DNA of 30,233 bases. Source: Candidatus Woesearchaeota archaeon. GTDB taxonomy: Archaea; Nanobdellota; Nanobdellia; Woesearchaeales; GW2011-AR4. Below, piece by piece: positions 18,002-26,668 of this stretch; the first letter of the stretch is position 1, and each line of letters starts with the position of its first letter. The stretch spans positions 1 through 30,233 of the forward strand of contig JADHVE010000006.1 in the NCBI GenBank assembly GCA_016784195.1, in the 5' to 3' direction. The translations under genes and the position numbers were made by a program. The notes beneath the pieces are model-generated. The model saw only the letters and a program-made list of their open reading frames with translations. It was not told the origin of the DNA and did not search any database.

Positions 18002-18625
18002 ATGAATCATACTAAGCAGATAAAAATTGGGAATATTTTAACGTCTGAAATTGAAATCAGGGATTTGATCAAAGCTTGGATTGCAATTTCAATAGCTTTC
18101 GGAATTCTTATTGCAGGAACAATCTTTTCAATAAAATTTTATTCTAGCTTTATCATTGCTTCATTGACTGTAGGCGTTGGATTTTTATTTCATGAATTGG
18201 GACATAAGATTGTTGCACAGCATTACGGCTGTTTTGCTGAGTTCAGAGCCTTTAATCAAATGCTGATTTTAGCAATCATAATGTCTTTTTTTGGTTTTAT
18301 ATTTGCAGCTCCTGGCGCTGTGATGATATCCGGACCTGTAGGCAAAAAAAGAAACGGAAAAATATCTTTGGCAGGACCTGCTGTTAATGTTGTTTTGGCA
18401 GTCTTGTTTTTGGCGTTTTTACTTTCAAATCCCGAGGGGATAATCAAAACAATAGCGTTTTACGGCTTTTTGATAAATACCTGGCTGGCTTTATTCAATA
18501 TGATACCTTTTGGAAATTTTGACGGAGCAAAAATTTTAAGATGGAACAAAACTGTTTATGGTGTTTTTGTTTTTTTTGTTTTAGTTTTGATGTTTATGCA
18601 AAGCTTTATGAGTATGTCTTTGTAA
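18002..18625 (+). CDS. Membrane zinc metalloprotease, M50 / site-2-protease family
   Basis: HELGHKIVAQHYG (HExxH) inside a TM helix; about 5 TM segments. Confidence 0.75.
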   Translation: MNHTKQIKIGNILTSEIEIRDLIKAWIAISIAFGILIAGTIFSIKFYSSFIIASLTVGVGFLFHELGHKIVAQHYGCFAEFRAFNQMLILAIIMSFFGFIFAAPGAVMISGPVGKKRNGKISLAGPAVNVVLAVLFLAFLLSNPEGIIKTIAFYGFLINTWLALFNMIPFGNFDGAKILRWNKTVYGVFVFFVLVLMFMQSFMSMSL

Positions 18626-18696
18626 ACTTACAATAAAAACTAAAAAATATAATCAACAGAAAAATTAATAAATATAGATAATAAAAATTATTTAAA

Positions 18697-19035
18697 ATGG
18701 AAAAATGCCCTTATTGCGGAAAGGAACTAACTGAAGATGAAAGGTACTGTTTCCATTGCGAGAATGACCTTTCCAAGTTTGTTGATAAAGAGGAAAAGCC
18801 AAAATGCTTTATAGCGACAGCAGCTTATGGAAGCCCTTTTGTCAAAGAAGTAGAGATTTTAAGAAACTTTAGAGATGAAAAATTAAAAAATAATTTTTTT
18901 GGATTGTGGTTTATCAATCTTTATTATAAACTAAGTCCACCAATAGCAAAAATTATTGAGAAAAATAATTTTCTTAAAAAAATTGTCAGAAAAACTTTAA
19001 CACCGGTTGTAAAATTGATTCTTAAAAATAAATAA
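18697..19035 (+). CDS. Small zinc-ribbon protein carrying a CFIATAAYGSP...LRNFRDEKL motif
   Basis: N-terminal CPYCG...(13 aa)...CFHCEN zinc ribbon, then CFIATAAYGSPFVKEVEILRNFRDEKL, a motif I recognise as recurring in uncharacterised prokaryotic proteins. Confidence 0.55.
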   Translation: MEKCPYCGKELTEDERYCFHCENDLSKFVDKEEKPKCFIATAAYGSPFVKEVEILRNFRDEKLKNNFFGLWFINLYYKLSPPIAKIIEKNNFLKKIVRKTLTPVVKLILKNK

Positions 19036-19227
19036 AAACTTAACTTTTTTAGTAAAATATAATTAAAAATTAAATTTTTTCTCGTCGGTAAAACCATTTT
19101 TTATTTTTTAAAAATATTTTTAGTGTTTTTTTTAAAAAAATCCTCGACGACAAAATGAGAAATAGAAATGTTTAAATACTATTTATTAAATAAATTAAAT
19201 TAAAAAAGGTGATTTTTTACAAGTAAA

Positions 19228-19653
19228 ATGGTAGAATTCGGGAAACATGTCACGATTGACGCATCTGGTTGTAATCAAAAAAGATTAACTAACCATGCTT
19301 TGATTTATGATTTACTGAATCAACTTCCAGGCCGAATCGGTATGACTAAGATGACATTACCTTATGTCGTCAAATGGATGGATAAAGGGGCTAAAGTTCC
19401 GGGTATTTCTGGTTTTGTGATGATTGCTGAAAGCCACATAAGCGTCCATACTTTTCCTGAAAAAGATTATGTTTTTATTGATGTTTTTTCATGTATGAAT
19501 TTTAATGTGAAACAAGCTATCAAGTTATTGGTTGATTTTTTTGGAGCAAAAAAAAACACCACAAAAATCGTTGCACGAGGTATGGATTTCCCAAGAAGCC
19601 ATACAGATTATATCTATTCTCCTCAAGAAATTGAGTTAAATGCTACAAGATAA
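19228..19653 (+). CDS. speH: S-adenosylmethionine decarboxylase proenzyme (pyruvoyl-dependent, small SpeH-type)
   Basis: MIAESHISVHTFPE contains the ES self-cleavage site of SpeH-class AdoMetDC; length 141 aa. An arginine-decarboxylase paralogue of the same fold cannot be excluded. Confidence 0.8.
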   Translation: MVEFGKHVTIDASGCNQKRLTNHALIYDLLNQLPGRIGMTKMTLPYVVKWMDKGAKVPGISGFVMIAESHISVHTFPEKDYVFIDVFSCMNFNVKQAIKLLVDFFGAKKNTTKIVARGMDFPRSHTDYIYSPQEIELNATR

Positions 19654-19673
19654 TTTCTTTCAAGGTTTAAACT

Positions 19674-20681
19674 ATGAAAACAGGGGTTTTGTATAATACC
19701 ATCAAAAGTTCTGAGACTCGAGAAGTCGAAGAAGATTTGATGGAAATGGCTAATAAGATTAAAAAGTCTTTAGAAAACAACGGCCATGAAGTTTCTTTAA
19801 TTAATGCTGATAAGAACCTTTTTAAAAATTTAAACAAAAAAAATATTGAATTTGTGTTTAATGTTTGCGAAAGGTTTAATGGCAATAGCTTATTTGAACC
19901 CCATGTTGCTGCTATGCTTGAGCTTTTCGGTGTTTCTTTTACTGGCTCTGATTATGTAGCCTTGTCTGAATGTAATAATAAAATAAAAACAAAAGAAATT
20001 TTAACAGTTAACCTAATGCCTACTCCAAAATACCATGTTTTTTGTTCTCCTGATGAAAAATTAAATCCCGGATTGAAATTTCCTTTGATTGTCAAGCCAA
20101 AACAGCAGGAGAACAGCATAGGCATTACAAAAGACGCTGTCGTTTATGATGAAAAAAGTTTGAGAGAAAGGATTAAGTATGTTAATGATGAGTTTAAAGA
20201 AGAAGCTTTGGTTGAAGAGTTTATTAAAGGCATTGATGTTGAGGTCGGGATAATCGGTAATGGTGATGATTTATTTATCCTGCCACTTGCAAAAGTCAAT
20301 TATGAAAATCTTTCAGATGCTGATGAAAATAAGATTTTTTGTTATGAATCAAAATGGGACTTAAAATCCAAGAACTACGGGGATTATGTAAAAGCTGATC
20401 TGTCTGAAGAGGTAGAAGAAAAATTAAAAAGATTGGCGGTAAAAATTTACAAAATTTTTAATATTAAAGATTATGGGAGAATTGATTTCAGGCTGACTGA
20501 AAATAATGAGCCTTATGTTATTGAAGTTACGGCTAATCCCGGGCTGAGTAAGGTTTGCTCAACTCTGGAATCAGCAGAATGGATTGGCTTGAGTTATAGA
20601 GAATTGGTCAATAAAATTTTTGAAAGCGCTTTAAACAGGTATGATATCAGCAAAGAAGAAGCAATAAAAATTTACCCATAA
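19674..20681 (+). CDS. ATP-grasp ligase of the D-alanine–D-alanine ligase-like family
   Basis: Ddl-like N-terminal domain (GHEVSLINADKN), central FPLIVKPKQQENSIGIT, ATP-grasp core EEFIKGIDVEVGIIGNG...EVTANPGLS. Confidence 0.75.
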   Translation: MKTGVLYNTIKSSETREVEEDLMEMANKIKKSLENNGHEVSLINADKNLFKNLNKKNIEFVFNVCERFNGNSLFEPHVAAMLELFGVSFTGSDYVALSECNNKIKTKEILTVNLMPTPKYHVFCSPDEKLNPGLKFPLIVKPKQQENSIGITKDAVVYDEKSLRERIKYVNDEFKEEALVEEFIKGIDVEVGIIGNGDDLFILPLAKVNYENLSDADENKIFCYESKWDLKSKNYGDYVKADLSEEVEEKLKRLAVKIYKIFNIKDYGRIDFRLTENNEPYVIEVTANPGLSKVCSTLESAEWIGLSYRELVNKIFESALNRYDISKEEAIKIYP

Positions 20682-20815
20682 ACAAAAATCCAATAAAAAA
20701 AGGCCATTAACAAAAAAATTATCATCAAAGATTAATAAAGAGTTCAAATAATAAAAAGATACTCCAAAATACCTGACAGGGCACAAACAGAAACACAATT
20801 AGTGGCTGGTGCGGC

Positions 20816-20957
20816 TGTGTTAATTTTTATTATTAAAAATTTTAAAAACCGAAAAGATTATCAAAAAACTAAAAACTACCCACATAATTGAGTGCGTGCA
20901 ATAAAACCTAATGAAAAAAAATAATAACTTAAAATTAATGGTAAAAAATAATTAATG
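20816..20957 (+). repeat. Copy C (diverged, about 70-85% locally) of the repeated upstream module, upstream of the DUF2156-like gene
   Basis: tgtgttaatttttattattaaaaatttt... parallels copy A's tgtgttcaattttttatttttataatttt...; cacataattgagtg versus cacaaataattgtg; ttaaaattaatggtaaaaaataattaatga (20929-20958) versus ttaaaattaatgataaaaacaattaatga (10078-10106). Confidence 0.6.
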
Positions 20958-21893
20958 ATTAAAGATTTAGGGGCGTGTGAATTGGAAGAAATAACAGATA
21001 CAAACAAATACAAAGGATATATTCAAACAGCAATAAGAAAATATGGGCATTGCGCAGAGCATAACTATTATCATTACCATCACTATGAAGATGATAAAGA
21101 AAAAAATATTTTCTTTAAGCTAGAAGGCAGCAAAGGGATATTATCCAGCTATGATAAAAAAAATGATTTGCGATATTTGTTTCCTTCAGGGATACTAGCT
21201 CCTGAAGAAGAGCGTTTTGATATACTGGTTAAGTTTTTGGATTATATTCTAAAAAAGAAAAAAGGAGAAAAACTATTTGTTGAAGTCAATGGGGAGTTTA
21301 GGAAAGAAATATTGAGGGGATTAAAAGATTCCAGACAATACAGGGCTTGCTCCAGCCCGTTTATCCTTTACTGGCCTTTGTATAACATGTCTAAGTTCGA
21401 TTCTAAACTAAAAGGCAAGAACTGGAAAAAATTGAGGAACATAAGGAACAGGTTTTATAAGAAGAATAAAGTCAAAGTTGTCGACAGCAAAAAAGTTCCT
21501 AAAGAACAGCTAACAAGGATATTAGATGCATGGCTGAAAAGAAGGAATGCCCATGATCGGGTGGAAAAGCATTATTTTGAAAATCTTATTGAAAACAATC
21601 TAAAAGGGGTTGAAATGGCAAGGACATTAATTGTTAATGGCAATCCATGCTCAATAACCGCTGGATGGAAAATACCCAATAGCAAAGGATACTATTCTCA
21701 TGTCGGGATTGTGGATTATTCTTGTGAAGGTCTTGGAGAAGTGGCTAATATTGAAGACTTAAAACTGTTAAAAAGAAAAAAATATGATTATGTTGATTTT
21801 GGCGGCTCAGATAAAGTTTTGCTTTATTTCAAGAAAAAGTTCAAACCTGAAAAAATCTATAAGACTTATATTTTTTCTATAGTCAAAAGATAA
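20955..21893 (+). CDS. DUF2156-like protein (homologue of the catalytic domain of aminoacyl-phosphatidylglycerol synthase MprF/LysX and VlmA: aminoacyl-tRNA-dependent aminoacyltransferase), with no membrane domain
   Basis: C-terminal ...VDFGGSDKVLLYFKKKFKPEKIYKTYIF resembles the conserved C-terminal block of DUF2156; 312 aa with no TM segment. Assigned from memory, moderate confidence. Confidence 0.5.
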   Translation: MIKDLGACELEEITDTNKYKGYIQTAIRKYGHCAEHNYYHYHHYEDDKEKNIFFKLEGSKGILSSYDKKNDLRYLFPSGILAPEEERFDILVKFLDYILKKKKGEKLFVEVNGEFRKEILRGLKDSRQYRACSSPFILYWPLYNMSKFDSKLKGKNWKKLRNIRNRFYKKNKVKVVDSKKVPKEQLTRILDAWLKRRNAHDRVEKHYFENLIENNLKGVEMARTLIVNGNPCSITAGWKIPNSKGYYSHVGIVDYSCEGLGEVANIEDLKLLKRKKYDYVDFGGSDKVLLYFKKKFKPEKIYKTYIFSIVKR

Positions 21894-22239
21894 TACACTT
21901 TGTTTCTCCTATTTAAATTTTCAATTGAGAGATTAGGCTAAGCAATGTTAAATTTGTCCCTAGGCTACCCTATTTTTATATAATTTATATAAAAAACCTA
22001 AAAAAAACGATATGTTTAAATACTAAATTTGCTTACTCATGTACTAAGAAAGCAAAAAGTTCAGTTGGAATAAAAAAAGGTAGTAAATAATTTTTTATGG
22101 GAATTTCTATTTTATTCCTGTAATATAGTATTCAACATCATTATGAGGAGTTAGTTGAAACCGTGTGTTGGATGTATAACAAATTAGTTTAGTAAATATT
22201 TGTAATAAGATTGGTATTAACCCATTATAGAGCTGGGGG

Positions 22240-23583
22240 TTGGAACAAGTGAACGACATTACTAGTATTTTAGAATCAGACAAAACTCAGGTTAACGTAG
22301 AGGGAGCCATAAACCCAATTATTATTGGAGGGCCGCATCGCACAGCCAAAAGCGAAACTTTAAACGCACTAGAACAGTATTATCCTGATTCTTATACTCG
22401 AGGGAAGAAATGGAAGTTTAGAATTGGAGGTTCATGGCCAGATGATGGTGAAAAAGACAGTATAATTGTTAAAACTAAAGAAGAAGCTGAGCAATTAATC
22501 GAAAAAGGCAAAATTGGAACCCATTACTGGGGTCCAGATACCTGGCATCTAGTTGATTTGGAAGATGCTTTGAAGAAGTCTAGTTCTCATAAGGTGTATA
22601 TTTCAGATGTTCATGTAGGTGTTGTAAATATGACTGAGTTTTTTAATCTTGAAATTGGTAGAAAGCCAATTAGTTTTTTATTCTATACTAACCCTTTACT
22701 TGTAGAAACAAGATTGAAGGAAGCAAATATTCCTAATGTGCAGATAGAGACACGATTAAGAGGCGTTGGAGAACAATTCGCGATTTTTAGGGAAAATGCG
22801 GAAGAATATCTTTTCTTGATGAAAATTCCATGGCCTCCAATCAATTCTAGTATTTCATTACCAGGGCCAGCTGAAGCTAAGCAAACTAGAGAAGTTAAAG
22901 GATATGCAGACAGATTAGATTTTCTTGTCAAGGCATATGAAAAATATTATGATTTATCAAGAGATAGAGATTACCTAGGGATTCATCATGCATATATCAA
23001 TGATATTTCAACCAAGTTGCATGGTGGACATTTAGGGGACCTGAAAGTAAAGATTCAAGATGGAATCAAAGTTAAGATAGACTTAGAATCAGAATTGGAA
23101 AAATATACTTCTCCAGATAATCCAGACTCAGTGAGATTATCTCAGAAAATCAAGGAATTAGTAAAATCTGTGGAAATTAAGAGATACCAAAAAGCTAATG
23201 GGAGATATTCCTTGTGGATAGATTCCCTGGTGGACCCCTATGATTCCAAAGATTGCGATATTGACCCGGAAGATGTAGTTCTTGATCTGCTGGAGCTAAG
23301 GTTAGGGAAACCCACCCTGAGAAATAAGATGAACAATCAAAATTTTGGGAACATATCCCATCACGCGTTAGTCAATGTTACAGGATCTACTTTAAGAGAC
23401 GGAGCCATGTATTCTTTAGGTGATCAATTACTTACAGATCATACTCACCCGTCCCTTTCAATAGGTTTTTTAAGCACTAATGGTAAGCCCCATTTTATGT
23501 ACGGGTTGGATGGAGAACAATTAACTAAGATGCAGCAGCATCTCAATGGAAAATCCAATACCTACACAGATATGCCTTACTAA
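22240..23583 (+). CDS. Hypothetical 447-aa protein with a deviant Walker-A-like motif (IIGGPHRTAKSE)
   Basis: Long ORF with a non-ATG start (TTG at 22240 or GTG at 22249, after a GGGGG Shine-Dalgarno). No recognisable domain apart from the GxxxxAKS motif; His-rich. Confidence 0.6.
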   Translation: MEQVNDITSILESDKTQVNVEGAINPIIIGGPHRTAKSETLNALEQYYPDSYTRGKKWKFRIGGSWPDDGEKDSIIVKTKEEAEQLIEKGKIGTHYWGPDTWHLVDLEDALKKSSSHKVYISDVHVGVVNMTEFFNLEIGRKPISFLFYTNPLLVETRLKEANIPNVQIETRLRGVGEQFAIFRENAEEYLFLMKIPWPPINSSISLPGPAEAKQTREVKGYADRLDFLVKAYEKYYDLSRDRDYLGIHHAYINDISTKLHGGHLGDLKVKIQDGIKVKIDLESELEKYTSPDNPDSVRLSQKIKELVKSVEIKRYQKANGRYSLWIDSLVDPYDSKDCDIDPEDVVLDLLELRLGKPTLRNKMNNQNFGNISHHALVNVTGSTLRDGAMYSLGDQLLTDHTHPSLSIGFLSTNGKPHFMYGLDGEQLTKMQQHLNGKSNTYTDMPY

Positions 23584-23588
23584 ATCGT

Positions 23589-24542
23589 TTATAAATATTC
23601 AATACCTACTCTTGCTACTTTGATAGCAATCAGTAATTCAAAAGCATGTTCTAATCTACTTATCAAGACTAATTCGTCTGGCTGAATTTTAGTTTGATAT
23701 TTAAACAACAATTCTACCACTTCATCTCTACTCTTATGCATACTCTTTGACTTAATTAAGTCAAATTTAAAGAAGAATGTAGAATACAGATGTATGCTTT
23801 CATTTACTAAATCAAAAATACGGATAGTTTTACTGTCTAACTTACGGTTTAACACTTGTAAATCTCTGCCCGCATTCTTCAAAACATCTATGATAGAGTC
23901 TATATTGGAGATGATGTTGTAAAGGCTGAGTGTCTTTCTATGATTAGAATATCCTTGTTTGTTTAACAACCTCAAGCAGTAGCTTACAAATTTAGTTATT
24001 GAATCGTGTTTTTCTTCAATAGATTGTATTAACTGGAGATTTATCTCTTTTGCTCCTTTGACCAGATCGGAACTTGTATCATTTAATAATAAAAAAATTC
24101 TTCTTAAAACCGAATCGAACTCCTGAATTGAACTTTTAGAAAGATTTTTGATAATGCAGAAATTTTCTTTTTGTTGAACTATTTCGTAGCCAACCAATCT
24201 GTTAATTTCAGTATGGAGGATGGTACTAATATTCCTCTCTTCATTTAATCGAAAGTACCAAGCTGTTGGTTTGTTAAACCTAACTTTGATTTCATCATAA
24301 CCTACCCTATAGAGGGCTTGGATATAATATAAAATAGTAGTTCTGTCCAGATCAGTAATATCTATTTCTATTTTTCCAATCTCTTCTCCTGCTTCAGTAC
24401 TAATCAAAATCTTATTTCCTTGCTCTTCAACCTCCAACTCATCACCTTTCTTAATTCCATACCTCTTAGCCCATGGTCTGGGAAGAGAGATAAGCTGAGT
24501 AGAATTTGCTATCTGTATAACTTTTCTTTTAATAATAACCAC
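23589..24542 (-). CDS. Transcriptional regulator with an N-terminal SpoVT/AbrB swapped-hairpin domain and a C-terminal PhoU-like helical domain
   Basis: RKVIQIANSTQLISLPRPWAKRYGIKKGDELEVEE is a classic AbrB/MazE-fold signature. The ~250-aa helical remainder is consistent with archaeal AbrB–PhoU proteins. Confidence 0.65.
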   Translation of the reverse strand: MVIIKRKVIQIANSTQLISLPRPWAKRYGIKKGDELEVEEQGNKILISTEAGEEIGKIEIDITDLDRTTILYYIQALYRVGYDEIKVRFNKPTAWYFRLNEERNISTILHTEINRLVGYEIVQQKENFCIIKNLSKSSIQEFDSVLRRIFLLLNDTSSDLVKGAKEINLQLIQSIEEKHDSITKFVSYCLRLLNKQGYSNHRKTLSLYNIISNIDSIIDVLKNAGRDLQVLNRKLDSKTIRIFDLVNESIHLYSTFFFKFDLIKSKSMHKSRDEVVELLFKYQTKIQPDELVLISRLEHAFELLIAIKVARVGIEYL

Positions 24543-24755
24543 CCTGAATTATAACTAATATAAACTAATTAAATAATTATAAAAAACCCCTTTAATCTTT
24601 GTAGTACTATATAGAAAATAAAGTTATATATAAATTTTTCTTTTTTATATAAAATTAAAAGTTTTTATAAATTTTAAGCATAGACCATATAAAGTTAATA
24701 ATATGATTTATCTATATATAAACCACTAAAAAATAAATAAAATAGGGAGAATATA

Positions 24756-24863
24756 ATGGGGAAAAAAGAAAAAAAATTCATTGGCAAGGGGGAAGATTTT
24801 AAGCCTATAGGAGAATTATGGGAAGAAATTGAAGAGATTTACCCTGAAAAAGACGGCAACTAA
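24756..24863 (+). CDS. Possible small protein (35 aa): MGKKEKKFIGKGEDFKPIGELWEEIEEIYPEKDGN
   Basis: ATG preceded by a GGGAG Shine-Dalgarno (aatagggagaatataATG). Below the ORF-track cutoff. Confidence 0.3.
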   Translation: MGKKEKKFIGKGEDFKPIGELWEEIEEIYPEKDGN

Positions 24864-24934
24864 TTTCTTTAATTTCAGGTTATTTTACCCTAACATTGAA
24901 AGAATAATTAACGGCTAAGATTTCTGCAGAGTTC

Positions 24935-26668
24935 CTAACTACAAATAGCAGTTACAATCTGTATTGGCTTTCCTTTGTACTTGCTTATCCTTATATTCTT
25001 GATTAAATTTTTGCCTTTTGGGCAGCTAGGGACTACTTTTGTTTTAGCCGTAGTAAAAGGCTCTCCATCACAGCATTCAATTTTCTGAGTTGCATTATAA
25101 TCCACCACCCATCCTTTTTTTGACATGTCGCATTTATTTTTAGCAGTGTCATCAAAAAACCTGCATTCATTTCCTGCCTTATCTGCAAATCCAGCGCATC
25201 CCTTATGACACCTTTCATCAAGCAAATAGGTGCAGTCTGCTTCACATACAAGGCCGTAGATTAAATTAAAATTTACCTGTATGGCTGTTTTTGGCTGTAA
25301 ATTTATTGTTTTTGTTTTAGGCACATAATCTCCCTTGGATGTTATCAAATCAATTGTTCCGCAGGATACATTGTTTATCTCATAAGAGCCGTCAGACTCT
25401 GTATAATCGTCTGATGCTATCAGTGATGATTCTTTAAAAACCTCAACTTTCCCTTCTGCTAAAGGTTGGTTATTCTCATCAAAGACATAGCCGGTTATTT
25501 TTCCATTGCAGTCAGGGTCATCACAATCAATTATACCATCATAATCATCGTCAATGCCATTATCGCAAATCTCGTCACTGGCTTCAACCCATTCCCCTTC
25601 AGAATGGGCAACACAGACTTCAATAAATCCGTCTTTGTCAATATCTTCAGTGTGGCCACCAATATAACATTCATTGCCATAAACGCATTCATCTGTATTT
25701 GTGCAGCATTGAGTGTCTGTTATATCTATTTCACAAGCCGTATAATCCCCTCCAGCTGGCTCTGTAGTAGTGTGGCAGGTTCCATAATAATTGATAATCT
25801 TATTCTTCCACTCTACCGGATAAAGTTTATTGCACATGCTTGTCCAGTCAGATTCAGAATATTTTTTGCAGTTTCTTTTGTAAAGGTTGGCAGAACAAAC
25901 ACAATTTCCGTCAAGGCATTCATAGCCTGCTCCGCATGGAATAGTATTCCATTCTAAGCAGCCATCATAATTGTAGTCACTGCAGATTTGATAGCCAGCA
26001 ACACCAGAACATTTTCTTGAACCTGAGGGTGAACATGCATTATTGCACTGAGTGTCTTCAGGATAAGAACAGCTAGAATCAGGGTACCAATAACATGCTC
26101 CATCAGAATGGCAGGTACACCTGTTTCCGGTTAAGCAGTAGTTTTCTTCATTTAGGTTACAAGAAGAGGCATTTTTACATTCCAGTAGTTTATCCAAATA
26201 TGTTCCCTGAGGGCAGCCTTCTTTGCAGCAAACTTTTAAATCATAAGAATCACAGTCTCCAATATGTGCATTTGACGGGGATGAGATTGAAGCTAAGCAG
26301 GTATAACCAGCAAGGCAGGAACTGTCAGAATGAACGCAGTCTATATTGTTTGATGCTGAAATCCTTGCAGCATCAGCGTAATTTGCATTATTATATGTTT
26401 GAACGTGAGCATTATATTTCCCAGAAAGCCAAAGAAAAGGCGTTCCAGTGCTGGAATTTAAGTCTTTTAATCCTGAGCAGCATATGCTCTTGGGAAGCTC
26501 ATATTCCTGAAGAGAGGCATGTGAATTTTCCCCTGAATATAATCCAAGAAATTTTACTTCATTAATTCCGCAATAATCAGAATCTTTTACTTTGCAGTCT
26601 AACTGGGCATTAACACTTAAGATTTCAAATAAGAGCAATAAGAATAATAACTTCTGAATTTTTTTCAT
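24935..26668 (-). CDS. Secreted, extremely cysteine-rich protein with an acidic Asp-rich (putative Ca/Cu-binding, MopE-like) motif and a carboxypeptidase-regulatory-like domain
   Basis: Signal peptide MKKIQKLLFLLLLFEILSVNAQ; more than 60 Cys arranged in EGF-like spacing; EICDNGIDDDYDGIIDCDDPDC followed by GKITGYVFDENNQPLAEGKVEV...SDGSYEI (CarbopepD_reg-like). Confidence 0.75.
   Translation of the reverse strand: MKKIQKLLFLLLLFEILSVNAQLDCKVKDSDYCGINEVKFLGLYSGENSHASLQEYELPKSICCSGLKDLNSSTGTPFLWLSGKYNAHVQTYNNANYADAARISASNNIDCVHSDSSCLAGYTCLASISSPSNAHIGDCDSYDLKVCCKEGCPQGTYLDKLLECKNASSCNLNEENYCLTGNRCTCHSDGACYWYPDSSCSYPEDTQCNNACSPSGSRKCSGVAGYQICSDYNYDGCLEWNTIPCGAGYECLDGNCVCSANLYKRNCKKYSESDWTSMCNKLYPVEWKNKIINYYGTCHTTTEPAGGDYTACEIDITDTQCCTNTDECVYGNECYIGGHTEDIDKDGFIEVCVAHSEGEWVEASDEICDNGIDDDYDGIIDCDDPDCNGKITGYVFDENNQPLAEGKVEVFKESSLIASDDYTESDGSYEINNVSCGTIDLITSKGDYVPKTKTINLQPKTAIQVNFNLIYGLVCEADCTYLLDERCHKGCAGFADKAGNECRFFDDTAKNKCDMSKKGWVVDYNATQKIECCDGEPFTTAKTKVVPSCPKGKNLIKNIRISKYKGKPIQIVTAICS

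Noticed and set aside
19041-19080. Weak resemblance of ttttttagtaaaatataattaaaaattaaatttttt (upstream of speH) to the plus strand of repeat copy B
   Set aside because: The similarity is confined to low-complexity A/T runs, and the orientation is wrong for a promoter role.
19080-19150. tcgtcg … cgacga inverted hexamers about 55 bp apart upstream of speH
   Set aside because: The arms are only 6 bp and the spacer is long. The feature is notable only because GC-rich hexamers are rare here, and it is probably chance.
22240-23583. Possible higher GC in the 447-aa gene suggesting horizontal acquisition
   Set aside because: My hand count of the first ~100 nt gave about 36% versus about 30-33% in neighbours. 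This is too small and too roughly estimated to claim, and it needs a proper sliding-window computation.
25466-26565. Plus-strand ORFs of 163 and 156 aa inside the Cys-rich protein gene
   Set aside because: They are antisense to a gene with a strong signal-peptide and domain signature. The Cys codons (TGT/TGC) read as ACA/GCA on the other strand, which gives spurious open frames.
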